From: an uncultured bacterium
GTDB taxonomy: Bacteria > Actinomycetota > Acidimicrobiia > Spongiisociales > ZC4RG35
Length of the DNA stretch: 64,000 nucleotides
Reading direction: 5' to 3'
NCBI GenBank assembly: GCA_963753285.1
Contig: CAVWBT010000011.1
Location: forward strand, 69,354 to 133,353
A model generated the notes under the pieces. That model was given only the letters and a program-made list of their open reading frames with translations. It did not search any database and had not been told where the DNA came from. Shown piece by piece: positions 8,767-18,707 of this stretch (position 1 is its first letter; every line of letters starts with the position of its first letter). Made by a program: the position numbers and the translations under genes.

Positions 8767-9648
8767 TCAGGCGTTGTGGATCGCTTGGACCACCGGGGCG
8801 AGGGTTTCGATCGACTCGATCGTGATCGGGTCGACGACCAATTGGACGTGGTCGACCAGACCGGTGAACTCGAGCAGGCGGTCGACGATCTCCGTCGTGC
8901 CACCCGAGATCGGAGTGCTGCGCTTCCTCGGCGTGCGTTCTCCGCCACCGGGGAGTTCGACGAACAGCGCGGCCGACTTCACGACGTCGGCGGGATCACG
9001 TGCTGCCTCGACCAGCGCGGCGTCGAGCTGGTCGGCGAGTTTGGCGAGCTTGTCGGGTCGGTTGCCGAAGTTGGCGAACCACTCGTTCCACCAGTCCATC
9101 TCGCCCGCTGTGATCTCGAGCATCCTCGGCCCGGTCGAGCCGATCATGATCGGCAGGTCCGGACGTGCGGGCGGGATGAGGACGTTGTCGTCCTGGGTGA
9201 AGAACTCCCCGGAGAAACTCGACCGGCCCGTGCGGACGAGGTCTCTGATGATGGCGAACTCCTCTTCGAACCGGCTGACCCGGCGGTCATAGGGGACCCC
9301 GTAGGCGTCGAATTCACGTTCGTTCCAGCCCGAGCCCAAACCTAGGATCAGCCGCCCTCCGCTGATCTCGTCGACGGTCGATGCCATCTTCGCGAGCACG
9401 GCCGGGTTGCGGAATCCGGTAGGCGAGACCAGAGGCCCCAGTAGGACTCGATCGGTGACCGCGGCCAGCGCGGCGAGCATCGACCAGCACTCCCACGGTC
9501 CCAGATCCTCGTCCTTCTGCCGATACAGGAAGTGATCACCGAGCCAGATCGAGGCGTATCCGGCTTCTTCCGCCATTTGGGCCATGGCGCGGTACTCGCT
9601 CCAGGGGACGAACCGTTCTACCTCGGGAAGCTGGATGCCAATCTGCAT
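8767..9648 (-). CDS. LLM-class (luciferase-like) F420-dependent oxidoreductase
   Basis: N-terminus MQIGIQLPEVE... and TIM-barrel luciferase-like motifs. Confidence 0.8.
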   Translation of the reverse strand: MQIGIQLPEVERFVPWSEYRAMAQMAEEAGYASIWLGDHFLYRQKDEDLGPWECWSMLAALAAVTDRVLLGPLVSPTGFRNPAVLAKMASTVDEISGGRLILGLGSGWNEREFDAYGVPYDRRVSRFEEEFAIIRDLVRTGRSSFSGEFFTQDDNVLIPPARPDLPIMIGSTGPRMLEITAGEMDWWNEWFANFGNRPDKLAKLADQLDAALVEAARDPADVVKSAALFVELPGGGERTPRKRSTPISGGTTEIVDRLLEFTGLVDHVQLVVDPITIESIETLAPVVQAIHNA

Positions 9649-9683
9649 CGGGGACAGTCAAGCAGACCTGGAACCGCCGACGA

Positions 9684-10676
9684 TCAGATCGGCTTGTGCC
9701 ATGTGAGCCACATCGACTCGACCTCGAAGCCGAGCGACTCGTAGAGCCGGAACGCTCCTGTCGGGTTCTCGGCGTGGACGCCCAGCGCAGCCTCCGTCAT
9801 TCCGGCGTCGCGAAGCGCCCGGAAGCTCGCTGCGATGAGCGCCGAGGCGACACCTTGCTTGCGCCACTTGCGGCCGGTCGAGATGTATTCGGTCCACCCG
9901 CGCTTCTTCCCCAGTGCCTCGTTCTCTTCGTGATTGATGAACGACTTGACCTGTCCGGCGACTTCGTCACCGTCCCAGGCGACCCGCCACAACGAGATGT
10001 CGCGAAGGGGATCCTCGAGGAACCGCTGGTAGTCGTTCTCGGTCGGCTCGGACCAGCCCCAGTGGTCTCGGAACGCCGCCTGATCAGCCTCCCAGATCTG
10101 ACGGAGTTGATCCTCGGTGACCGGTCGGATCTCCAGACCGTCCGGCAACCGGTGATCCGGTAGTTCGCCTTCGATGCTCCTAGCCATCGAGGCGCCATAG
10201 GTCTCGACCTCGAATCCGAGCGACTCGTACCACGCACAGACATCCGGTTCCAGGTCTCGTTCACTGAAGCCTTCCAGCACCTTGCCCGTCGTGGATTCGT
10301 GGTCGGCTGCGAGTTCCAGATTCCGGGCGATCGCCGCTTCCGCCAACGCCATCCACAAGCCGGTGTCCCGGAACGCCGGATCGATGTGGGGGACCATCCA
10401 GTAGCGGGTGGGTTCGCCGGGCACGTCGGCCCATTCGACTCTCACGTATCCCGCCAACGATCCGTCGACGGCGTCCACCATGACCATGTCGTCGTCGGGG
10501 TTGCAGTTGTCGAGGTGGGCGTAGGACGTGTCGACGCTCGCCGTCGTGACGCGTTCGGGTAGCCCGATGGCCTCGTTCCATCGGTTCAGCAGTCCGGCCA
10601 TGGCTCGGTGGTCGCCTGCGCCTGCATATAGGCGGGCCGTGAGCTCAGGCATGCCGGTGAGGTCTGGATTCATCAT
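9684..10676 (-). CDS. GNAT family N-acetyltransferase with two GNAT domains (mycothiol synthase MshD-like architecture)
   Basis: About 330 aa with tandem acetyltransferase-like halves. The C-terminal half has the QGVASALI acetyl-CoA motif. Confidence 0.65.
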   Translation of the reverse strand: MMNPDLTGMPELTARLYAGAGDHRAMAGLLNRWNEAIGLPERVTTASVDTSYAHLDNCNPDDDMVMVDAVDGSLAGYVRVEWADVPGEPTRYWMVPHIDPAFRDTGLWMALAEAAIARNLELAADHESTTGKVLEGFSERDLEPDVCAWYESLGFEVETYGASMARSIEGELPDHRLPDGLEIRPVTEDQLRQIWEADQAAFRDHWGWSEPTENDYQRFLEDPLRDISLWRVAWDGDEVAGQVKSFINHEENEALGKKRGWTEYISTGRKWRKQGVASALIAASFRALRDAGMTEAALGVHAENPTGAFRLYESLGFEVESMWLTWHKPI

Positions 10677-10717
10677 CGGCTTCGACGGTATCGACCCATC
10701 CGCGACGATGCTGGGGA

Positions 10718-12475
10718 TTAACCGTCGGTACGGGCAAGGGTCGCCGATTCCCAGCCGCGCACGGCGTTCAGTCTGGCGAGTTGCGGCGCGGCCCGGAGCT
10801 CGTCGACGGTCACCGATCGTTCGATCAGATCACCCGTCGCGAGCATGGCCGCGCGTCGGACGCCTGCGAGCAGGCCGTCACGGACCGGGGGAGTGACCCA
10901 CATCCCGTCGATCAGGACCGCCAGATTGCCGATCGTGGTCTCGGTGACACGCCCTGCCTCGTTGACCAGCACCACGTCGTCGGCTTCGGGGACCCGTCGT
11001 GCGGCCTGCTCGTAGACCGAGCGGCTGGTCGTCTTGTGGAAGAGCAGCGGATCGTGGGAGTCGATCCTGTCGGTGTCGATCGCCAGCATCAGGGGCCGTT
11101 CTGACGGCGCAGGCAGTGGTTCGGTCTCGACGGTGATCCACCCGATGCGATCGACGAGCAGCCTCACCTTCATCGCCTGCTCTGCGCCCCGGGTGGCCCG
11201 GTCGAGGCCGACTCGCACCTCGGCCGGGTCGAGCGGCACGTCGAAGTACCACGCCGAGTCGGACAGTCGCGAGAGATGCCTCGCGAGCTCGTAGAAGCCG
11301 CTCTCGGGGTCCCAGCGCATGGTTTCGATCAACTGGAGATCGGCGGATCGGCGTTCCAGCACCTGGGTCTTGAGCAGCGCTTCGGCGTACTCGTCTCCGG
11401 GCGTCGAGTCATACGTGATTCCACCGCCTGTTCCGTACATCGCCAGCTTCTGTTCGCGATCGATCAGCACCGTTCGGATGGCGACGTTGAACGCCCATTC
11501 GGGGCCGGCCGCCCCGGGCCCTCCGAACCCGACGGTGCCGCAGTACACACCGCGAGGCGTGGTCTCGAGGCGGGAGATGATCTCCATCGTCGAGACCTTC
11601 GGGGCGCCGGTGATCGACGCACACGGGAAGAGCGCTCCGAAGACGTCGACCAGCCCCACGTTCGGCAGCGGTCGCCCCTGGACCGTCGACGTCATCTGCC
11701 AGACCGTGTCGTATTTCTCGGTCGAGAACAGCTCGGGGACCTCGACCGAGCCGATCCGGCTGATACGCCCCAGGTCGTTGCGGACCATGTCGACGATCAT
11801 CAGGTTCTCGGCCCGGTTCTTCTCCGAGCCGAAGAGACGCTGTCGCCGCTCCTCGTCGTCGGCCAGGGTCGTTCCCCGATCGGTCGTGCCCTTCATCGGC
11901 CTGGAGACGATGCGATCGTGGCGCCACTCGAAGAAGAGCTCAGGCGATGCAGACGCGACCGCCCATCTCCCGGCATCGATGAAGCTCCCATATCCGCACG
12001 TCTGCGACGAGGCGAGGTCGGCATAGAGCGCCAGCGCATCGCCGTCGAACGGCGCGTCGAGTCGAAAGGTGTGGTTGACCTGATAGGTGTGCCCCTGCCG
12101 GATCTGTCGGCGGATCTCGGAGATGGCGGCGTGGTGGCGGGCTTCGTCGGTGGACGGAGTCCATGGTCCCAGGTCGAAGCTGCCAACGTGCGGAGTCGTT
12201 GCGACCCGGCGGTCGAACACGGCGAACCAGGCGAGCGGGAGATCTTCGACGTTCGTGCCGGATACGTCCCGTACCACTAGCGACCGGTCGAAGGCGGGGG
12301 CAGCCTCGTAGCTGACGAATCCCGCCACCCACTTGTGTCGTGCGACGGCGCGCTCGACCGCTTCGAGGACGCCGACGACCTCGTCGATGTGGGTGGTCGA
12401 GAGGATCTCGATCGGCTCGTCGAGTTGGAACGATCGACGGCGGTGCGGCCTGAGGTCGTCGAAGCGGGCGAACAA
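10718..12475 (-). CDS. pabB: aminodeoxychorismate synthase component I fused to aminodeoxychorismate lyase (PabB-PabC)
   Basis: The N-terminal chorismate-binding domain carries the PIKGT-like/anthranilate synthase motifs (SRPMKGTTDRG, GAPK). The C-terminal roughly 150 aa is a class IV aminotransferase/ADC lyase-like region. Confidence 0.8.
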   Translation of the reverse strand: MFARFDDLRPHRRRSFQLDEPIEILSTTHIDEVVGVLEAVERAVARHKWVAGFVSYEAAPAFDRSLVVRDVSGTNVEDLPLAWFAVFDRRVATTPHVGSFDLGPWTPSTDEARHHAAISEIRRQIRQGHTYQVNHTFRLDAPFDGDALALYADLASSQTCGYGSFIDAGRWAVASASPELFFEWRHDRIVSRPMKGTTDRGTTLADDEERRQRLFGSEKNRAENLMIVDMVRNDLGRISRIGSVEVPELFSTEKYDTVWQMTSTVQGRPLPNVGLVDVFGALFPCASITGAPKVSTMEIISRLETTPRGVYCGTVGFGGPGAAGPEWAFNVAIRTVLIDREQKLAMYGTGGGITYDSTPGDEYAEALLKTQVLERRSADLQLIETMRWDPESGFYELARHLSRLSDSAWYFDVPLDPAEVRVGLDRATRGAEQAMKVRLLVDRIGWITVETEPLPAPSERPLMLAIDTDRIDSHDPLLFHKTTSRSVYEQAARRVPEADDVVLVNEAGRVTETTIGNLAVLIDGMWVTPPVRDGLLAGVRRAAMLATGDLIERSVTVDELRAAPQLARLNAVRGWESATLARTDG

Positions 12476-12482
12476 CGGATCC

Positions 12483-13478
12483 TCAGCGAGTCGTTCGGGC
12501 GGGTGCCGGGCCCGGACCGGACATCGAGAGGAGTTCGACGATGTGACCGATCATTGCACGCGTGGTGTCTTCGCTGCGCGGCCAGGGTGAGTGCCCGCGG
12601 CATGCCTGAGCGAACGCCTCGAGCATGAGACGGTACGGATCGGCTCCACCGGTGACCACCCGGTCCCGGGATTGGCCGTGTCGTTGAATCAGGTAGTGGT
12701 CGTCGTTCACCGAAGGGGTGTAGGCGCGGTCGACGACGATGGTCCCGCTCGTTCCGCGGATCTCCAGGAGTTGGCGCTCCGGCATCTCGAACGAGCACAG
12801 CGCCGTGGCAGTGGCGGTCTCGGTTGCAAGCATCACCGAGGTCGTGACGTCGACCCCGGAGGGTCCGAGGTGCGAAGTCACGTTGCGAACGCCGGGATCG
12901 TCGAACAACTCGTGGATCGGGGACAGCGTGTAGATGCCCACATCCCACAGCGCTCCACCCCCATGATCCGGCGCCCATCGGTAGTTGTCCGAATGGTTCG
13001 GTCCGATCGTGAAGCTGAACTCCGAGCGGATCGAGCGGAGGTCGCCGATCGCGCCCGATCGCACGTCGTCGAGGACGGCCGTCGACCGGGGATGAAACGG
13101 AGTCATGAAGGCCTCGGCGAGCAGCACGCCGGCGGCTCGGCACGCCGTGTACATGGAAGCGACGGCATCGGGGGTCGTCGCCAACGGCTTCTCGCACAGC
13201 ACGTGCTTGCCGGCCGCCGCGGCTCGCTCGGTCCACGGTCGATGCAGGTCGTTGGGCAGCGGGATGTAGACGGCCTCGACTGCCGGGTCGTCGAGCACGG
13301 CCTCGTACGAGCTGCGCGCCACACCGGAGAGCTCGGAAGGGATGTGAGAGTTCGAAGCCGCAGCCACGATTTCGACCTCGTTCGAGGCGGCCACTGCCGG
13401 GTAGATCGCTGCTCGCGCCACGAACGAGTTGGCGCCGATCACACCCAGCCGAAGCGGATCAGTCAAGGGTGATGACAC
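12483..13478 (-). CDS. Gfo/Idh/MocA family oxidoreductase
   Basis: N-terminal Rossmann fold LRLGVIGANSFVARAAIYPA. The EKP motif is present. Confidence 0.85.
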   Translation of the reverse strand: MSSPLTDPLRLGVIGANSFVARAAIYPAVAASNEVEIVAAASNSHIPSELSGVARSSYEAVLDDPAVEAVYIPLPNDLHRPWTERAAAAGKHVLCEKPLATTPDAVASMYTACRAAGVLLAEAFMTPFHPRSTAVLDDVRSGAIGDLRSIRSEFSFTIGPNHSDNYRWAPDHGGGALWDVGIYTLSPIHELFDDPGVRNVTSHLGPSGVDVTTSVMLATETATATALCSFEMPERQLLEIRGTSGTIVVDRAYTPSVNDDHYLIQRHGQSRDRVVTGGADPYRLMLEAFAQACRGHSPWPRSEDTTRAMIGHIVELLSMSGPGPAPARTTR

Positions 13479-14835
13479 TTCCGCCCTCGGCAGCGGAGCG
13501 ATGTCCGGCCTCGAGGACCCGGACCACGTCGCGCGTCGACTCAGGGGTCACGGCGAGGGGTTCGCCGAGCAGCAGGTGGTCGGCGAGGTTCGCATGGAAC
13601 CCCCACCCGGGGTGGTCGGCCGGCTTGACCATCGTGGTCGAGCCGTCGAACCGCTGTACCTCGAGGTCGACCGGAGCCTCGGCGTGGTGGGACTCTTCGC
13701 GGACGAATCCGCGTCCGGGTTCCAGCTGTTCGGTGACGAGGGGTCGGTAGTGGCCCTCGAGCGTCCCCGACTCGCCCTGCACGTAGAACTTGGGTCTACG
13801 GATCGCCGCGATGTCGGACTGGCGGAATGTCGCCTCGCGCCCATCCGGCCACATCATGTGCAGCGTCAGCTGGTCCAGGTTGGTGACGTCGTGCCACACA
13901 CGCTTGTGGCCGACGCACCGGATCGTGGTGGGCATCGAGCCGTACAGCTGGATGATCCAGTCGACGTGGTGGCTTCCCCAGTCGTAGATCGCTCCGCCGG
14001 AGATCGACGCTTCGCTGTGCCATGCCCGGCACGGGTGACCGAACCCGCCGACGAACGTCTCGATGTTGAACACGTTGCCGAGTTGACCGGACTCGACGAC
14101 CGATCGAAGGGCCAGGTAATCCCGGTCCCAACGTCGCGACTGGTGGACCGTCACGAGCAGACTCCGCTCGTCCGCCAGCGAGATCAGCTGATTGGCGTCT
14201 TCGGTGGTGAGACACATCGGTTTCTCGACGACCGCGTGGATTCCGTGCTCGAGCAGTTCTCTGGCGATCGGAGCGTGGTACACCGGCGGAGTGGCCACGA
14301 TGGCGAGATCGATGTCACCGTCCTCGATCATCTCGGTCACGGCGGCGTAGGTGCGGATGCCCGTGAAGTCGGCTTCGGCGGCTTTCCGCCGTTCATCGCT
14401 CGTGTCGACGGCGGCGACGAATTCGAGTCCGGCGGTCTCCGAGCACGCCAGGCCGTGGGCGTATCCCATGCCGCCGAACGGCCCGTATCCGATCACACCG
14501 ACCGACAGGGTTTCGGCCGTCGATCTCCCGGTGGCTGCGCGATCGAGATAGGTCAGCAGCTCCGGACTGGTTTGAATCGCCTGGAGATCGATCCCACTGA
14601 CGACCCGTGTCTGGTCGCCGTCGGTTCGCTCCAGAAGCACGACCCGATCGGCGAAGCCGATGTTCACGTGTGCGAGGATCCGGTCCCCGTCGCGTGGTGT
14701 CAGTTCGGAGATCTCAGCGGTCACCGGCACCTGATCCGGGAGTCTGGTGGCGGCCGTGCGGTCGGTGAGCTTCACGAACCATTCGGTTCGGGGGAAGGTG
14801 GGACCGGTCGTGTCGAGTGTGATCGGGGGATTCAT
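13459..14835 (-). CDS. Gfo/Idh/MocA family oxidoreductase with an N-terminal extension of about 100 aa
   Basis: VGVIGYGPFGGMGYAHG...VEKP motifs. It overlaps the downstream gene by 20 nt. Confidence 0.8.
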   Translation of the reverse strand: MNPPITLDTTGPTFPRTEWFVKLTDRTAATRLPDQVPVTAEISELTPRDGDRILAHVNIGFADRVVLLERTDGDQTRVVSGIDLQAIQTSPELLTYLDRAATGRSTAETLSVGVIGYGPFGGMGYAHGLACSETAGLEFVAAVDTSDERRKAAEADFTGIRTYAAVTEMIEDGDIDLAIVATPPVYHAPIARELLEHGIHAVVEKPMCLTTEDANQLISLADERSLLVTVHQSRRWDRDYLALRSVVESGQLGNVFNIETFVGGFGHPCRAWHSEASISGGAIYDWGSHHVDWIIQLYGSMPTTIRCVGHKRVWHDVTNLDQLTLHMMWPDGREATFRQSDIAAIRRPKFYVQGESGTLEGHYRPLVTEQLEPGRGFVREESHHAEAPVDLEVQRFDGSTTMVKPADHPGWGFHANLADHLLLGEPLAVTPESTRDVVRVLEAGHRSAAEGGSVITLD

Positions 14836-14923
14836 GTGGTTCGGACCTCGGCGGCAGCGTCACACAACGGTATCGGCGTGCCCGCCCTAGTGGCTACCCG
14901 AGCGCCCCGGTAGCCTCGTTCGC

Positions 14924-15604
14924 ATGCAACAGATCGCAGCCGGAATCCACCAGGTCTCCAAAGGCACCAACGCATTCATCGTCGACGGTGACGACGGCGT
15001 CGTCCTCATCGACACCGGTCTCCCGAAGCGGCACGGCGCGATCCTCGACGGTGTGAAGGCGATCGGGCGTGAGCCCGAGGACATCGCTGCGATCGTGATC
15101 ACCCACGGCCATGCCGACCACGCCGGCGGAGCTGCGGCGCTCAAGCGGGAGTCGGGCGCAGCGTTGATCGCATCGGAGACCGATGCGCCGGTGGTTCGGG
15201 GCGAGGCGCCGGCTCCTGCGCCGCCGATCATGGATTTCCCCGTGTTGCGCCGTCTCGTCGGCCTGGTCCCGACAGCAGAGGGGGTCTCGGTGGATCACGC
15301 GCTCGTCGAGGGCCCGGTGCCGGTCGTTTCCGATCTCACTGCCGTTCCCACACCCGGCCACACCCCCGGGCACATCTCACTCCTCCTGGACCGCAACGGA
15401 GGCGTGCTGTTCGCCGGGGACTCGGCCATGGCGACGCGGTCGGGTGGCGTGCAGCGGGGATTCATGAACCGGAGATCGGCGACGTTCGACTCGAGCCTCC
15501 GCAGGATGGCCCAGCTCGAGTTCGAGATCGCCTGTTTCGGGCATTCTGCCGCCATCGTCGGCGGCGCGAGCGGCTCGTTCCGGGCCTTCGTCGCTGGGCT
15601 CTGA
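14924..15604 (+). CDS. MBL-fold metallo-hydrolase
   Basis: THGHADHAGG motif. Confidence 0.8.
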   Translation: MQQIAAGIHQVSKGTNAFIVDGDDGVVLIDTGLPKRHGAILDGVKAIGREPEDIAAIVITHGHADHAGGAAALKRESGAALIASETDAPVVRGEAPAPAPPIMDFPVLRRLVGLVPTAEGVSVDHALVEGPVPVVSDLTAVPTPGHTPGHISLLLDRNGGVLFAGDSAMATRSGGVQRGFMNRRSATFDSSLRRMAQLEFEIACFGHSAAIVGGASGSFRAFVAGL

Positions 15605-15605
15605 T

Positions 15606-16556
15606 TCACCGAGTGTCGGCGCGGGCGGCGCGCAACACCTCGTCGATCGGTGACGTGGCGAGGTCGCCGAGTTCCTGGACGTAGTCGTAGCCGAACCGGC
15701 CCTTGATGCACAGGTTGCCGTGGGTGACGGAATGGTCGAGCGGTGAGGTGACCTTGACGATCCGGTTGTCCTGGACGTGGAGTTCGAGGTTGCAGCCGAT
15801 GGCGCAGTACGAGCACACGGTGCGGGTCACCGTCTGCTCGTCTTCGCGCCAGATGCCCGCCCGGCGCATCTCGTATTCGGAACGGAACTGCAGCGCACCC
15901 GTCGGGCACACGCCGACGCAGTTGCCGCAGAAGACGCAGGCCGAGTCGGTGAGGGGAGTGTCGAGCTCGGTCGAGATCCTGGCGTCGAAGCCGCGTCCGG
16001 CGACTGCAATGGCAAAGGTGTTCTGAGCCTCCTCACCGCACGCCTGGACGCACTTGTAGCAGAGGATGCAGCTGGCGTAGTCCCGGATGTACAGGGCGTT
16101 GTCCACCTTGACGGGCTGGTCGACGCTCTCGGCGGTCGTGCCGTCGGGCTCTGGGTGGTGGCCGGCGTGACGGTGATCCCTGTCGTCGTGCGGACCGGAC
16201 GGTGGCCCGTAGCGAGACGAGTCGACGCCGTAACGCTCCATCCAAGGAGCCATCTCGCTGTTCGAGAGGTCGGCGGAGGAGTCGAGGAACTCCAGGACCA
16301 TCTTGCGGGAGTGGCGGACCCGTTCGGAGTCGGTGTCGATGACCATCCCGTCTTCGACCTTGCGCGAGCATGACGGGACGAGCGTCCGGGATCCTTCGAC
16401 CTCCACCACACACACCCGACAGGCATTGACCGGCGTGAGCGTCGACACCCAACACAGGGTCGGCTGCTCGCTCCCGATCTCCCGACACGCGTCGAGGATG
16501 GTCGACCCTTCGGCCACGTCGACCCGGGTGCCATCGATGGTCACCGAGACGGTCAT
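15606..16556 (-). CDS. NuoG/HylA-like iron-sulfur subunit: 2Fe-2S ferredoxin, 4Fe-4S clusters and a C-terminal molybdopterin-oxidoreductase Fe4S4 domain. This is the detached N-terminal module of formate dehydrogenase alpha.
   Basis: Cys clusters CxxC...C and CILCYKCVQAC, CVFCGNCVGVCP, CSYCAIGCNL. It ends just after the Fe4S4 domain. ATG at 16556. Confidence 0.8.
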   Translation of the reverse strand: MTVSVTIDGTRVDVAEGSTILDACREIGSEQPTLCWVSTLTPVNACRVCVVEVEGSRTLVPSCSRKVEDGMVIDTDSERVRHSRKMVLEFLDSSADLSNSEMAPWMERYGVDSSRYGPPSGPHDDRDHRHAGHHPEPDGTTAESVDQPVKVDNALYIRDYASCILCYKCVQACGEEAQNTFAIAVAGRGFDARISTELDTPLTDSACVFCGNCVGVCPTGALQFRSEYEMRRAGIWREDEQTVTRTVCSYCAIGCNLELHVQDNRIVKVTSPLDHSVTHGNLCIKGRFGYDYVQELGDLATSPIDEVLRAARADTR

Positions 16557-16563
16557 GCTCGGT

Positions 16564-16598
16564 CCACGTTCCACGTTGCACGTTTCACGTTCCACGTC
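16564..16598. repeat. heptanucleotide tandem repeat, 5 x (N)CACGTT (coding-strand sense GGACGTG/GAACGTG/AAACGTG/CAACGTG/GAACGTG), 8-42 nt upstream of the hylA-like start codon
   Basis: Read directly from ggtCCACGTTcCACGTTgCACGTTtCACGTTcCACGTcc. Confidence 0.8.
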
Positions 16599-16933
16599 CT
16601 CTCGGCAGCTGCGTCGATGGAACCTGCAGCAGGTAGGCGTCTCCGGCTTCGGTGCGTGTGGCCCGGCTCCTGTGCCCGGGAGACCCGGCCGGAGAACGGG
16701 ACTGGTTGGGCCCAACTGTGCGAGGGCGCGCCGGTAGGTGATGTCGGGTGTCGGGGTGGTGCGTTGCGGGCGAGGCAAGCCTCGCCCCTACACCTCGTCG
16801 TCCGCCGTACCGACGACCGACGACCGACGATCGGCAACTTGCGTCGCAGGGGCCGTCCAGGGGTAGGGGCGGCCGCCTGCGGCACCCGCAGCCCGGGCCG
16901 TCCGACCCACCGAACCCGGTCCATCGTCAAGCT

Positions 16934-16964
16934 TCTGTCACGCATCTGTCATCTGTCATCTGTC
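16934..16964. repeat. heptanucleotide tandem repeat TCTGTCA x4 (one interrupted), overlapping the stop codon of the NuoEF-like gene
   Basis: Read directly: tctgtcacgcatctgtcatctgtcatctgtc. Confidence 0.75.
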
Positions 16965-18707
16965 GAGAAGCCCCAGCCTGATCGCCGACTGGATGGCGGT
17001 GGCGGCGGTGTGGCCGAGGCCACAGATCGAGGCGTCCTTCATCGCCCGGTCGATGTCGTCGATCAGGTCGGCTTCGAGCGGTGATCCGCCAGTCAGATTG
17101 CGGGCCAGTGCCTCTTCGAGTCGAACAGTGCCGACCCGGCAGGGGACGCATTGGCCACACGACTCGTCGCGGAAGAAGCGGGCAATCCGCCGGGCGACGG
17201 CCTTCATGTCGGCCGAACTGTCGTAGACGACCACCACGCCGGAGCCCAGGCTGACCCCGGCGGCGCGGCTGTCTTCGAACGTGAGCGGCAGATCCAGCAT
17301 GTCGGGACCAACGAAGCTGCCCGCTGCTCCGCCCAGCAGGATGGCGGTGAGGTCGTCGGGCGGTCCGCCGGCGAAGTCGAGCAGTTCTCGGAGCGTCGTC
17401 CCGAAGTCGACCTCGTACACCCCGGGCCGATCGATCGCTCCGCTGAGACAGAACAGCCTGGTCCCCGTCGAGTCCGGTGTGCCGGTCTCGGCGAATGCCT
17501 CTCCGCCGAGCAGCACGATGTCGAGCACGTTGACCAGGGTTTCGACGTTGTTGACGACGGTGGGTTTGCCGAACAAGCCTGCCTCGGTGGGGAACGGCGG
17601 CTTCTGGCGTGGCTCGCCGCGGAAGCCTTCGATCGAGTTGAAGAGGGCGGTCTCCTCGCCGCAGATGTAGGCGCCCTGCCCCTGGCGGATCTCGATGTCG
17701 AACCGGATGCCCTCGCCGAGGATGTCGTCGCCGAGGAGCCGGGCCTCGATCGCCTGGTCGATGGCGTTCTGGAGCGCGTCGGCGGCATCGGGATACTCGC
17801 CGCGGACGTACAGGTAGCCCTGTTCGGCGCCGATGGCGAAGCCGGCGATCGTCATCGCTTCGATGACCGAGAACGGGTCACCCTCCAAGATCGTGCGGTC
17901 CTTGAAAGTGCCCGGTTCGGATTCGTCGGCGTTGCAGATGAGATATCGGGTCTCCGAGTCCGAGTCGGCTGCGCCCTGCCACTTCACACCGGTCGGGAAG
18001 GCGGCTCCGCCCCGCCCCCGCAGACCCGATGTCTTGACCTCGTCGATGACCAGATCCGGACCGATCTCGAGAGCCCGCTCGAGAGCGGCGTAGCCGCCGT
18101 GGTCGCGATACGAGTCGAGGCGTGCGGGATCGACGGTGCCGATCCGGTCGAGGATGTCGATCGATCGCCTCGGTTTCGCGGGTGAACGTCGTGGCGGTTC
18201 GTCGCCTGCCAGGGCTGCCTCGATCGCCTCGGCCGTGGCCGGAGCGATCACGACATCTGGCCGGCCCGCTCGCTGGACGAACGCCCCCGACCCGTAGTCG
18301 CATTGACCGAGGCAGGGACTCGAAGCCACATCGTCGCGTTCTCCCAGCTGGGCCAAGACGGCCTCGCCGCCGCTCGCGCGGCAGGCCGAGTCGTCACAAA
18401 CGTGTGCCATCCGCTGCGGCCGTGGGTCGACAGACAGCAGCGCATAGAAGGTGGCAACCGAGTAGACCTCGGCAGGTGGCACCGCCAGCCGGCGGCTGAT
18501 CTCGTCGATGGCACCTGGGGAGATCCATCCGATCTCGCCCTGGACTGCCGCGAGGGCGGGGAGGAGCAGGTGGCGGAGCGCGCGCGCCCGGTGACCACCG
18601 GCGACTGCCCGACCCGAGCTGATCTCGATTTCGGCCTCGGGCACGGCCGTGCGGACGGCGCGTTGCTCCGCTTCGGTGGCATCCGCGCCGATCAGCCTGA
18701 GATCCAC
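16956..18707 (-). CDS. NuoE-NuoF fusion protein (NAD(H)-binding flavoprotein with an N-terminal thioredoxin-like 2Fe-2S domain; FdsB/HylB-HylC-like)
   Basis: NuoE Cys motifs (CDDSACRASG...CLGQCDYG), then the NuoF FMN/NADH site (GLRGRGGAAFPTG, ICNADESEPGTFKDR) and 4Fe-4S site (ESCGQCVPCR). Confidence 0.85.
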   Translation of the reverse strand: MDLRLIGADATEAEQRAVRTAVPEAEIEISSGRAVAGGHRARALRHLLLPALAAVQGEIGWISPGAIDEISRRLAVPPAEVYSVATFYALLSVDPRPQRMAHVCDDSACRASGGEAVLAQLGERDDVASSPCLGQCDYGSGAFVQRAGRPDVVIAPATAEAIEAALAGDEPPRRSPAKPRRSIDILDRIGTVDPARLDSYRDHGGYAALERALEIGPDLVIDEVKTSGLRGRGGAAFPTGVKWQGAADSDSETRYLICNADESEPGTFKDRTILEGDPFSVIEAMTIAGFAIGAEQGYLYVRGEYPDAADALQNAIDQAIEARLLGDDILGEGIRFDIEIRQGQGAYICGEETALFNSIEGFRGEPRQKPPFPTEAGLFGKPTVVNNVETLVNVLDIVLLGGEAFAETGTPDSTGTRLFCLSGAIDRPGVYEVDFGTTLRELLDFAGGPPDDLTAILLGGAAGSFVGPDMLDLPLTFEDSRAAGVSLGSGVVVVYDSSADMKAVARRIARFFRDESCGQCVPCRVGTVRLEEALARNLTGGSPLEADLIDDIDRAMKDASICGLGHTAATAIQSAIRLGLLDR

